Positions 52,299-64,000 of a stretch of 64,000 nt of DNA are shown here, piece by piece. The notes beneath the pieces were generated by a model that saw only the letters and a program-made list of their open reading frames with translations, was not told the origin of the DNA and ran no database searches. Source of the DNA: the human T2T-CHM13v2.0 reference genome, Homo sapiens; assembly GCF_009914755.1 (NCBI RefSeq), contig NC_060929.1. One strand, written 5' to 3'. Numbering within the stretch: position 1 is the stretch's first letter; each line of letters begins with the position of its first letter. Position numbers and translations under genes: made by a program.

Positions 52299-55200
52299 TC
52301 AAAACCCTTTTAAATGTTAAAAATTATGAATGGTCCAAATAATTGAGTATGGAACAAAAGAGAAGATGAAAGAGAGGCTTGATTCAAATGAGTTATACAT
52401 CTTTATTAGCACAAATTAAAGTTCTTCATATGTACCAACTTCCTCCAGAACACTAAATTGGGAACAACAAACAAGTCCCAGAGAGCGTCTTTTCACACTT
52501 CCTAATCTTGGTTTGAACAGTTCCTGGGTTGCATTGAAAATTGATTTTGTTTTCTAAGTAGGTTTTCAAATTCAGATATTCTGAACAGTGGTTGACTGAT
52601 TGCATGATTCATGGTGGCAAACCCTTCAGTGCTGGTGAAGTGGGAAGATCCGCAGATGTCAGGGCAGTCGGGGTACAAGTGTGGATACTCCAATTTTTAA
52701 TTTAATGGGTTATTTTGGTGTGGAAATGGCTGAAGCTTGAGTGAGGAATGAGAGAAAATAATTATCTGAGGCATGAGAGCTGAGTAGAGTTGTTCTTGAT
52801 TTTAAAGTTATTTTTGCAGAACCAAAAAACACACTACATATTCTTTTAAAAATTATTTCTAATTTCTGAATTTATTTTAAAAATTCTCAGAAAGGAATGC
52901 AACTTAAATAGCATTTGTATTGCCCTAAAAATCTTTGGGGGAACAAAAAATGATATAAATAAGCAAGTTTAGTTACTACTACATGTGTATTCTTTATTGA
53001 CATATAGTACTTAAAATCCAGACTGTCCCAGAACATCTGCAGACCATTTTATACATTCCACAGGAAACCTTTGGGCACGAATTATTAAAATTTCTGAAGA
53101 AGGAGGTGAAATACAGAAAACTAAGATATTTAAATATGTCTCAAACAGGCCTTTGGTTAAAATGGCTCCATAATTTCACACTTAAACATATCACCTCTTT
53201 CTTTTCCAAAGACAGAGCAATGGCAGATAAAATCAATTAAGAGTAATTGAGCTCAAAAAAAACTATATAAACATCTACATGCACTAGAAGTGCAACAAAA
53301 ACACAGACCAGTAATAAGCTGAAACTCAGAGCTTTCTGGTTCTTGGGGAGGTTGGCTAAAATCTTGGCTATTGAAAAGTTAACAGGGACTAGAAATGCCT
53401 AATCTAAGCTGGGAGGCACAATCCAGTCTTATTAATTGAAGCCAGGGACTCTCTTCAAACCCACCATGAAATGAGGCCAAAGAAAAGAGCTACTGACAAC
53501 CAAGAAAATCAACAATGAGACCATCAATTTATTCCAAATAAAATTAATTTTAGAAAGCACTTTGACAGTCTTTAAAGTGAGGATACTTATGATGCTCATT
53601 TCATCTGTTTTCAAAGTGGAAAAGAAATTATAAAATAAGATGTGGAGAAATGAGGCATGAAAAATGTGAGCTATGTGAAAAAGCTTATTAGGAACCGTGA
53701 AAATAAAAAAAAAGAACTTAAAAAATCTTCTTAAGTTACAAAAAGGCTGAAATAAGCACAATTAGAGAATTAGTAAATTTTAAGAACTGGTGAATTCCCT
53801 CAAAAATGTATCATGAAGAGATGTAAAACAAAGAGCAGTTGAGAGCCAGAGGCACCGCCTTGCAAGTTCTCTGCATCATAGAAAAGTCGGGAACTACCGC
53901 CCCCAGAATCCCCTTTCCTCCATGATTTCAGGTTAATATTCACTGGTGAATGGCATTCACATGAAAATGTGGGGTGGAAGGGATGGATAGGCATTATTCT
54001 CCTGAGACATTTGCACCCAGACATACGGACAGACATGAGATTCACATCAGCTTTCCCGGGAGCTCTTGAGGACCACCTGCTTCAGAACTTCAGGCTGAGA
54101 TTATCAGGGGTGGCTCTTTTGATCTTCACCTCCCCAGTTCTTCACATGTAAGCCCCTAATGGTTATATTAAAACCACTTATACCCAGAGTGCAGAGAGAG
54201 CTTCTGTGTTCCTGAGCAAATACTGAATACATGCAGTTTGCATATGATAGTTATTTTATTATTTATTTTATTATATCCTCTCTTAGCCTTTTAAAAGATG
54301 AGAAAAAAAAGGCATACAGAATTAGCTGCTCCACATCACAATAAATAATCAGGGATTGATCCCTCAAGCCTATGCTGATCCTGATTAAATAGGAGTGTGT
54401 TGGGAAGAATGCTGAAGCTGTATGGGCACAGTGAGAACCAAGGTCATAATCTCCTGGCAATATTACTGACAATGCGTGGGTACAGGGCAGGGAGTGGTCA
54501 TAAATGTATTTGTCAGTTGCATACTAAAATATCAAGGGAATAATAAAATGACAGCCCTGTTTTGGCCCTCTGTGACCCAGGTCTGTACACTAGAAAGTTA
54601 CACTTGCATTGGGCAATTGTTTGGCCCTCTGCACAAATCAGGATCAAAACATAGTCTCTCATATGTTAAACATTATAAATTAACTACATCATGTTTCTTC
54701 TTTCACATTTTTAGACGTCTCCTAATCATTTTACTGCCCATTTAATACCTATAAACAGTAATCTTTCTAAAGGTTTTTATATTAACATATTCCTTTCTGG
54801 GCTTACTCAGACAAAACACCGGCTTTACTAAAAGCCCTTGGTCACTCAGTAAAATGTTATCATTCATCCCATGGTGCTGTGTAACCTTGCAGAGAAGCCT
54901 GCCTCATACATAAGATCAATAATAATTGTGATGTACCCTGTATGGGCAAGATTTGGTACTTCCTTTATGAAAGACTGAAAGACAGAAAAAAGAATAGTGT
55001 TACTGTTACTGGGCACATTTATTCTCGTTTTACAAGCACTATGCAATTTAATTTGGATTCAACTTCCCTATTCTATAATCTGCACTTCTTTCCGAATGCC
55101 AATAGGAAGGAAATGGCAAATCAGAAGAGTCTAGTAAGTGTGCATTTTAAACATAAGGCAGGAATTTTAGATCTACCATGTGTCAGATCTTTGTTCTTGG

Positions 55201-58200
55201 TTCATCAGGCCACAATTCATGCCAAATCATTTATCTTATTTTTATTTCAAGACTACAATTGATACACTATGAAGTGTAGCAGTTAGAGAAAATGATTAAT
55301 AGGTCTCTTTAGCTGTTGATAAATGGTTGAGAACATAAAAATGGAACAAAAGAAACAACAACTATAGATTATAGAAATAGTGATCCTGATGTAGAATTGA
55401 AGTCTTTCATCTATTTCTGGGAAAGAGGGCAATAATCTAATGAGAATATTTCTCTATTTTCCCACTCTGAACTCCTTATTTACAAGTAGACATATTCTTA
55501 ATTTGCTTTTTCATAATGTAAATCAGTACTATATTTTAGACTATGTTTTAGAAACTTTAAAAACTTCTTTCTATACGTGTCTAATTTGAGGCTGCCGGGT
55601 GATTTGGTTCAGCTAGGATGTGAGTTTTACTCAGTTCTCATTTCAAAAGCAGAACGTTCGGGCCACTATTTGTCAGGTGATTATGCTCTGCTTATGTTCA
55701 TTCAGGTGGTCACTGAATTGCCTGCAATCTGCACCATTAATCAAGTTGCCTACTTGGTTGTTAAGGGAACTGAAAACCCCCGCTCAGCTATTTTTTCCAA
55801 TCTGGTGTTTTTCATGGTTTCACCACTTTATCATGTTAGTTACTGAATTTCCCTATTTTGCATTCACTTGTTCACTCACATTAGAAAAATACATCAGTGT
55901 ATGTATTTTAGTCTGCATAGAAATCTGGCAATGCCTTTTAAGTCGACCCTGATAAAAAGAATACTAAGAAAATTTTTATAGCAAGAGATGTAGCTGGTCT
56001 CCAAAAGATAGATTTAATTTACTAGCATGGGAAATAATAACAGAATCATTTTCTATTTACCAATCAAAACTATGTCCATGTATTTCCACTGTCATTATCT
56101 ACTTTATATTTAGTGGAAATACTTAAGCAAATATTAATAATCAGTATAATATTCCTGAGGACTCTGACTCTGTCTTTAGAGATGAAATTAAGGAGAGAGC
56201 TGAGCAATTACCAAATGGGTTTTATCCACAAAGACAAGTCCTAGAAAAGCCTTGCTAAAGCGATGCCTTGCCCTCAATTTAAAAAATCTTTTCTGTAATC
56301 CATTTCACCCTGTTTTAAAAAATATTAATTAACTAATCCAACAAATATTTAATGGGCACTGATTTTGCTATAGGCTTTGGGGTATTTAAAAGATGAGAAT
56401 ACCCTCAGGAAGTTCTAGAAATGGGGAGTCCCCATAAGTTCGATCTCATACCCTCTCTTTAACCCCTGTCCACTTAATAAGTTTCAATATGGTGCCCCAG
56501 TATATCAGATGAAAAGAATTATAGCATTGAAAGTGTAATAACTATGTGAAAAATGGATGAAATAAGCTATATTAATTATGAAACACATTCATGATGTCTT
56601 CAACTAAGTCTAAAAAATGTGTACATTTTTCAAGATAGAAAAATAAATTCACAGTTTATGACTACAAGCTTTAGGAGAGATGGGTCACTATGCCATCCAA
56701 TATGTATGTATTGTATCACATCCTAAGCTGTTTCTCCCTGTATATTCTAGTGAAGCAGAGAAGCTAAACAGCCATGACAAGTACAAGGACAGGTTATCAC
56801 ATGTGCACATAGGAAGGGCAACTAGCCAGCAACACGTCTATCAGAGATTCTTTATTTCAGCAGGAATGTCCTCTGAATTATCACCTGTTTTTCCTAATAA
56901 AGAGACTAGGTCCCTAGAAGGTGACAGTGGCAAGAGATAAACTGTAGGTGTTCATTTACTGAATGTTTTCTCATTATACGTTTGTTTATTGGACATACAT
57001 TCAGTAATCTCTCAGGTGCCAGGTTTTGCATCAGCATCTGTGATGTTACTATGTCTTCTAGAAAGAAAATAAAAATCCCAGAAAGAGCTTCAGATTCATT
57101 ATCTTGTCCTCTACCCAGTGAGCTATCCAAAGTTTTGTAACTTTTGTTTAAAAAAGCCTTATGTCTGCTGGGAGTGAGTTTTCCAAATTTTCTGTGGGGA
57201 AAACCTTCCCATTATGAAAATTATTCTTCAAAGAAATTAAACTAGTTCTTTCTGTCTTGCAAGCCATTGTTAAAGAAATAAAGAAAACTCTAAGCCTAAG
57301 GCAAGCCCTAGATAACACCTAAAAATAGAGATTTTTTTGGCAAAAATAGAGATGTTTTTGGCATATTTAGAAGAAATTACAGAGAATATACTTCTTTGAT
57401 CACCTTTCTTTGTTTCTACAGTGTTGGAAACTTGTAGAAACAAAAACCTACTTGAAAAACAAAACCTGTAAATGAGTTATTTCACTTAAAGGAAATGCAA
57501 TTTTACCTAAAAGGAGTCTTTTTTTTTCCTTTCAGTGTAAGGCAAGAGTAATTTAATTTAGGAGGCTGTTAACCTCCAATGTAACAGATACATAAATCAT
57601 ATTAAAACCACCTTGGAATTTGTAGTGAGCAATGAAATAGATCCCAAGACCAATAAAAGAACTCAGCTAAGTGACTTATCTAAAATGTACACCAGGTAGC
57701 AAAGAAGAGGATTCAGGTTTAATTTAAAAGCAAATATCCAGTTTCCTTTTCCTATTTTTCTATATTTTCCTCTTCACTAAGATATAGTTTCAAAGTAATA
57801 TTCTTGTTCTTTTTCATTATGCTTTCTTTCCTTTTATTTTTTCTTTCTCTTTTTCAGGCTGAGTTTGATGTAAGTTTGGAAGCTACTAAAAAGGGCTTAG
57901 GTCCATTTAAAAATTAAAACCAACTCTGCTTCTCAATTGTTTGATTAAAAATTTTGCCTGATTTAAGTTCACAAAATACTAATAGTATTTTTTGTATGAT
58001 TATATTATACCAATTGTGTCATCTCAAATTAAAATTTTAAAATGCTATTTTAACATTTCATATAAAAGGAAATAAATTTAAGATTTGGAAACTTGACCAG
58101 AATACATGTAATACACATAATAAGAAATTATTCCTTGCAAGTCAAGGTGACATTCTGCCCCTAAAAAATTTTAAATAATTTACTTCATGTGAAAATAATG

Positions 58201-59284
58201 TAAAGAGTATACATTCCATAAGATACAGAGTAATCAAATACTGCATAACTTTGGTATCTCTCTTTCTCTCTTGATTTTTGCTATGTATCACTAGTAACGA
58301 TATGTTTGTCAATGGAGCAAAATAAGTTTTAGGAATGATAGTACTAAATTAACATAGCCACTGGACATCTGCTTTTTATAATCTTGATGTCCTACATTAT
58401 TAAGTTATCAATCTCTGAAATACAGTACTGTTGTCTGTTGCTAACAAAAAGAATATTGTACCAGAAAAGGGAGCATTAAACTATCCCAATAATTGGCATT
58501 TCAATAGCCAAAAAAATGCCTCTTGAATTTGCTTCTTACAGGTCTGAACATACTATAGTCTGGCATGAATTGACCCAGGAGTATCCTTGCAGTGTTGAGG
58601 TCTCTTCTGTTTACAAAATCTAAAACTGTAGAAAAAGAGCCAACTGGCTTGAAGGGGCAGCCATTGCTTCTATAGCTATGTCTTTGTGTCTTTATTCAGT
58701 CTTAATGCCTTTACAGAAAATAGTCCAATTTGGGACCTACAACTACAATAGTCCAATATGGGGCCTACAACTAGTTCCTGACCTCAGTCAAAGCAAATAA
58801 AATGTGTTTATTTACCAAAAAGACTTTTACTACTTGTATAAAATGCCCCCTTTGGGAAATAGGTACTGGGTAGATTGTTGAAAGTGAAGATGAATTAGTT
58901 TACTTTGGGACAGAATGTAGAGAATAAGATATGATGGCATATATTAGCCTTGGTAAAATCCCAGAGGAAAAGGACACAAAGAAGGGAGTGAAGCAGGAAG
59001 GCAGGGAAAGCAATAAGAGGGATGGAACTATTATCTACCTGGCCACCCTGATAATAGTTACAGCTGATCACTGGAACATAACGGAGGTTCTGAGAGGCCA
59101 CAAAACTATTGTGCCTCATGACAGTCTGTCTGTGGGAAAAGAGGAAAAGAACATACATGTTGGTTTATTTTCATTCACTATTTATCGCTATATCCATATA
59201 CTTCTCAATTTGTCACGAACTGCTGTAGTGTAGCTAGCATCCTCAGGGCTCTAGTTTGGCCAACATGCAGATGCAGGGACCAAC

Positions 59285-59286
<2 letters not shown>

Positions 59287-59334
<48 letters not shown>
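59287..59334 (+). repeat. Perfect (TG)24 microsatellite
   Basis: Counted directly. Confidence 0.95.
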
Positions 59335-59335
<1 letters not shown>

Positions 59336-60151
59336 TGGGAGTGGAGAGCAGTCTAAACCTGGATCCACATCTGCAAAAACAAGCACATGTCATTGCTAGG
59401 GCTGTGCCAGAAAGCCAAGCAAATGTGTTCATCTGTGGTCATGCGGAAATATACCCTGTACAAAGAATAAGTCTAGTTTGAGAAAGCTGATTACCTCAGG
59501 AAAGGTTAGTTACTTCCTCCCCTGTGTTTCTACAGCACCTAATATACACCAATATTAGTAATTTGAGCCCATTATATCATAACTATTTATGTGTGTGTGT
59601 GTGTCTGTCTGTAAAAGATGGTTAACTCCTTAAGTAGGGTAACCTTATTTCTGGGTTTGTACTCGATTCACTACAGTTTAGTTAACATTGGATAATTATT
59701 TTAATTCCTTCTTTTACTTTCAAAGTGTCTTTGTTTGGGTGATGAATTACAGGATCACTGTACTCATAAGATATAGTCATGTTTTATTCAATATTGAAAG
59801 TACATTCATGCCTAGTATAACATCTACATCATAAGATGTGTTTAATAAGAGTTTATAACCTTTTGAAAATGGAAATAGTGATAAGATTGAAGAATTTGAA
59901 TAATTTAGAATGTTAAAAAGAGAAAATAGAGATATTGACAATATTTGCTAAATTTAAAAAATAATTGCTTTCATAGAATTTATTGGATAGAATGCAAAGA
60001 TATTAAAATTTAAACACATCTGGTATGATTTTAATATTTGCTTACTGAGAGAATTACAAGAGGGAAATAATATTAGTTGATAAATAAGCAATAATAGCTA
60101 CAGTGGTTGTCCTGTGCCAGACACTAGGCACTTTACATGGATCATTTCATT

Positions 60152-60597
60152 TCTGGCAGACATTGCTAATGCCTACCCAATTAATAGTCTGTTCTTTCCT
60201 AACAGGCCACTGATTTTGTTTGGGGCGGAAATGTGTCCAAACAAAAATCCCTTTAATGTTCTAGCCTCCACTGCAGCAAGTGGTAGCCATGAGACACTGT
60301 AATAGCTTCTGAGATGCAGTGGGAATCTAGCAAAAAGATTTCTGAAAAAGGTTTTGCTTCCTTAAAACAGGTAGATACTGGTTCCTTCTTGTCTTTCCTG
60401 CATAAAATGTTGATAATAGACTTTCAGGAGGAACAGCAACCTTGCAACCATAAATGTGAAAATCACACATGAGTACATGCTACAGTCTTGGGCTGCCAAA
60501 TTCTAGGCTTCTTCTTATGTGTGAGAAAGAAATCCCTAACTCTTCAAGCCAATGTTAATTGCATTTTCTGTTGTCTACACCATTTCCAAAAGATACA
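60152..60597 (+). mobile_element. MLT1J-like old MaLR LTR, apparently inside a MIR
   Basis: ctagcctccactgcagcaagtggtagccatgagac; ttcttcttatgtgtgagaaagaaatccc..ttcaagcca. Confidence 0.6.
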
Positions 60598-60629
60598 TTA
60601 TTTACTTTTTATAATATCACTATGGAGTA

Positions 60630-60673
60630 TTAGGTTGAATCATATGAAATACTGATCTATGAAAATGGCAATT
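60630..60673. mobile_element. MADE2-like mariner MITE fragment
   Basis: ta-ttaggttgaatcatatgaaat..aaaatggcaatt. Confidence 0.4.
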
Positions 60674-60811
60674 GAATTAATTCATTTTTCATAATTAATT
60701 TAACAAATATTTATCACACATCTACCATGGGCCAGGAACTAGCACATGCTAGCAAACTAGAAAAAGTCACCCTTATTTTAAAATGTAGTAATGAAATATT
60801 ACTGTAGACCC

Positions 60812-61178
60812 TGATATGGTTTGGCTGTGTCCCTACCCAAATCTCATCTTGAATTTCAGTTCCCCACATGTTGTGGGAGGAACCTGGTGGGAGATAATTG
60901 AATCATGGGAGCGTTACCTTCATGCTGTTCTCCTGATACTGAGTGAGTTCTCATGAGATCTGATGGTTTTATAAGGGACTTTTCTCCCTTTTGCTTGCCA
61001 CTTCTCCTTCCTGTCACCTTATGAAGAAGGACATGTTTGCTTCCCCTTCTGCCATGATTGTAACTTTCCTGAGGCCTCTCCAGCCATGTGGAACTGTGAG
61101 TCAATTAAACCTCTTTCTTTTATAAGTTACCCAGTTTCAGGTATGTCTTTATTAGCAGTGTGAGAACGGACTAATACA
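60812..61178 (+). mobile_element. THE1C-type solo LTR
   Basis: tgatatggtttggctgtgtcc..gaagaaggacatgtttgcttcccc..gagaacggactaataca. Confidence 0.92.
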
Positions 61179-62431
61179 ACTCCCAAATTCATAAAACTGG
61201 AACCATAGTTAACTAAACCAAAAGGATAATGACCTGAATATAAAAGTCAGATATGATAGGATGAATATTATACAGATGTATTAGTTGAAGCCAAACAGAT
61301 AATTGCCTTTCAACATACATTTGGGAACAATTTGAAGTTTAGTATCATGTATAGTGGCTGTTATAAAGTTGAGAAAATTGGAGCTCTGTAAACACAGGAA
61401 AAATAGAATAGGGTAATTCCTCTAAGAGATTGCAGTTTAAAAAGAGGAGGCCAAGATTCAGGATCCATTGGTGAGCTGCTTTAGTTTCTCTACAATTTCT
61501 GTTTAAAATGTAGGCCATGGACTTTGGACAGCAGCTTCAATCTGAGTTTATATCCAAGTAATTTTTTTTCTTGCCAAGAACAACCAGACTTGGCAGGAAA
61601 TGCTGACACACAAGCGTCAGTTCCCCAGCAGTACCAAATCTATCTTCTAAGAACTGTGGTCAGACACCGTAATGAGGCTTTCATGGGGAAAAATAATAGT
61701 TCTTGACCTGACACCTGAAAAACTAAACAAAACAAAAGCCAAAAAAAGTTACTTTAGTCGATTCTAAAAATTCATTTTAGTTGGAAGGATTCCTCTTTAG
61801 TTTTTCTTTTTATTTTCCTAATATGTCTCCTGTAAAAAAATCTTGATTTGAGAAGCAAAGTATACTTTCCAAACATCTAGGCAGAAAGGCTACTCTAATG
61901 GTGTGTTTTATCAAACAATTACTTTGTGATATGCACACCACAAGATTTAACTTGAAAGTTGGGGATAAAATTCAATTTTGCTTTGCAAGATTTTTGAGTA
62001 TTTCCTAGTAAGAAAGCATGCCATTTTGTCTTCACATCTTGAGGAACTGGAAAAAAAAAAAAAAGCGTCAATGAGAACATTGAAGGTTTTCACTAAATAA
62101 TATTAAATAACGTTTAAATGGTGATTTCCTATCTCTATTTATGGTTCAGGCCTTCTAGCTTGCTAATTCCAAGTAACAGGATCCTTTGGTAGATAAGATG
62201 GGTGTTGAAATGCCTCTTTTCCCCAGCAGAGTATACTTAATTAGGTGTTTTCTGCTTGTGTTGAGGTTATTAGCTCATCAAAAAAGTACTGATATTTTCT
62301 GGGGGGAGCTTAGGGTGGCTTTGGGTCCTGGTCTGCCTGACTCCATCTTCTCCAAAGAGAATATATGTCCTGCATGAAGGGACCTGAGGAACTTATGATC
62401 CTGTTTTTGTCAGGTGGCATAAGGATGGAGC

Positions 62432-63257
62432 TGATACGAAAGTGCTGGGGAGGGAAGAGCGTGGTCCCTTTAAATAATATGAGAAGGGGTAAGGGAAGTG
62501 CTGAGGTGAGGAGATTGTGGTCCCTGGCTAGGGTTCCACCCCCATGGACCTAGGTGAGGACAGGCATTTCCTGCCCAAATGTTTTCCCAAGACCATGCTG
62601 GCCTTCCATGCCCCCATCCTGTGCCTATAAAAACCCAAGACCCTAGTGGACAGACACACAAGTGGCTGAACATCGTGAGAACACAGCGGCAGAAAAAGAC
62701 ACAAGTGGCTGGTCCTCGAGAGGAGCACCCCAGCAGAAGAGCATGCCGACAGGCACTGGCATGCCGGCAGGCCATCAACCGGTGGGACGAGGCCAAGTTT
62801 GGCGGGGGCAGTCAGAGAAGAGCTGGGGCCTCCAAGCAGCCCAACTCCAGGGGAAAACCATCTCCCTTCTGGCTCCCCAGTTGGCAGATAGCTACTTCCA
62901 CTCAATAAAACTTTGCACTCATTCTTAAAGCCCATGTGTGATCTGATTCTTCCAGTACACCAAGGCAAGAACCCAGGATACAGAAAGCTCTCTGTCCTTG
63001 CAACAAGGTAGAGGGTCTAATTGAGCTTGTTAACACAAGCCACCTATAGGCAAACTGAAAGAGCACCCTGTAACACATGCCCACTGGGGCTTCAAGAGCT
63101 ATAAAGATTCACCCCTAGACACTGCTGTAGGGTTGGAGCCCCACAGCCTGCCCATCTGTATGCTCTCCTAGAGGTTTGAGCAGCTGGGCACTGAAGAAGT
63201 GAGCCACACCCCCATTGGATGCCCTGTGAAGGGGACAAGGGAACATTTCCCGTTTCA
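62432..63257 (+). mobile_element. LTR1-family (ERV1) solo LTR, 826 bp
   Basis: TG...CA ends; perfect 4-bp TSD GAGC at 62428-62431 and 63258-63261; TATAAAAA at 62626 and AATAAA at 62904. Confidence 0.85.
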
Positions 63258-63910
63258 GAGCCAACATAGGAATAAGAGATAACAGCAGCCACAGATAATC
63301 ATGTATTAAAGAAAGATTATTTCTTTTTTTAAAACAAATTATTTAACTCTTAAAAAAACAACAAAAATGAATCCTGTAAGGGCTTTCAGAGCTAATGATG
63401 AATAAGCTCCAGCTCATGAAAAACTGTGTTCCAACCAAGCAGTCTACTGAAAACAAGTGCTTGGATTTCATCATAAACTAAAAGAAGAAAAACTAAAAAC
63501 AAACAAAATCCTTGGTTTATTTTGATAATGAAAATAAGGAAAATTTATAATTAAATAAATGTTATGCATGCTCAAAAGTATGAAACTTTTAAAAGCTGGT
63601 TTATTTCTAACTATAAGGGAAATATATGTTGACTGTGGAAATGCTGGAATACATTGAAACATACAAAGTAGAGTCCCCATAAACTGCTAACAAACAATAT
63701 CTATTATTTAGAACTTTTGCTCTGTGTGTGTATGTATCTATATGTATTTTCTTCTTTTTAGGTTTGAATATATGTTAATAAAACTTGTACATATATTTAA
63801 TATAAAAGCTAATACTGCAATTATATCTTTGAACCCAATGCCATATTTTTAGAATTTTTTTTTATATCCAAGCCCTTTTTTCTCAAAAGCGTAATTTTGA
63901 TGTTGCAGAG

Positions 63911-64000
63911 TATGGTAGACAGACTTTAAGCGTAGCCCACATTATCCCCACCTCCTGGTGTTTGCATTCTGGTGTGCTTTTTGAGTTTGAGTGGGACCTG
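63911..64000 (+). mobile_element. 5' part of an MLT1E/F-type LTR, cut by the window edge
   Basis: tatggtagacagac..ccccacctcctggtgttt..ttgagt..gggacctg. Confidence 0.6.

Noticed and set aside
62470-63292. Several overlapping ORFs up to 146 aa
   Set aside because: Inside a GC-rich solo LTR; no gag, pol or env motifs

Overview
AT-rich, CpG-depleted primate (human-like) non-coding DNA. It is either intergenic or deep intronic, and I cannot name the locus. I found no intact cellular protein-coding gene, rRNA, tRNA, CRISPR array or CpG island. Much of the window is interspersed repeats. These include a near full-length older L1PA (minus, ~3080-9706) interrupted by a THE1B LTR, a 5'-truncated L1PA3/4, a full-length Tigger1, seven Alus, many MaLR/ERV LTRs (an MLT1 provirus, THE1, MST, an LTR1-family solo LTR), and ancient L2, MIR and L1M remnants. 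Every ORF in the track that resembles a known protein comes from a transposable element. Subfamily names and the boundaries of old repeats are from recognition of consensus sequences and are approximate. I see no convincing new multi-gene system. The most interesting signals outside the repeats are two plus-strand 12-nt micro-exon-shaped elements (46184-46195 and 57858-57869) and an upstream TATA/ATG/donor module (44349-44519). Also worth checking are several motif-dense unique blocks that look like enhancers, two L1 junctions suggesting deletions, close inverted TE pairs, and several recent short tandem duplications.
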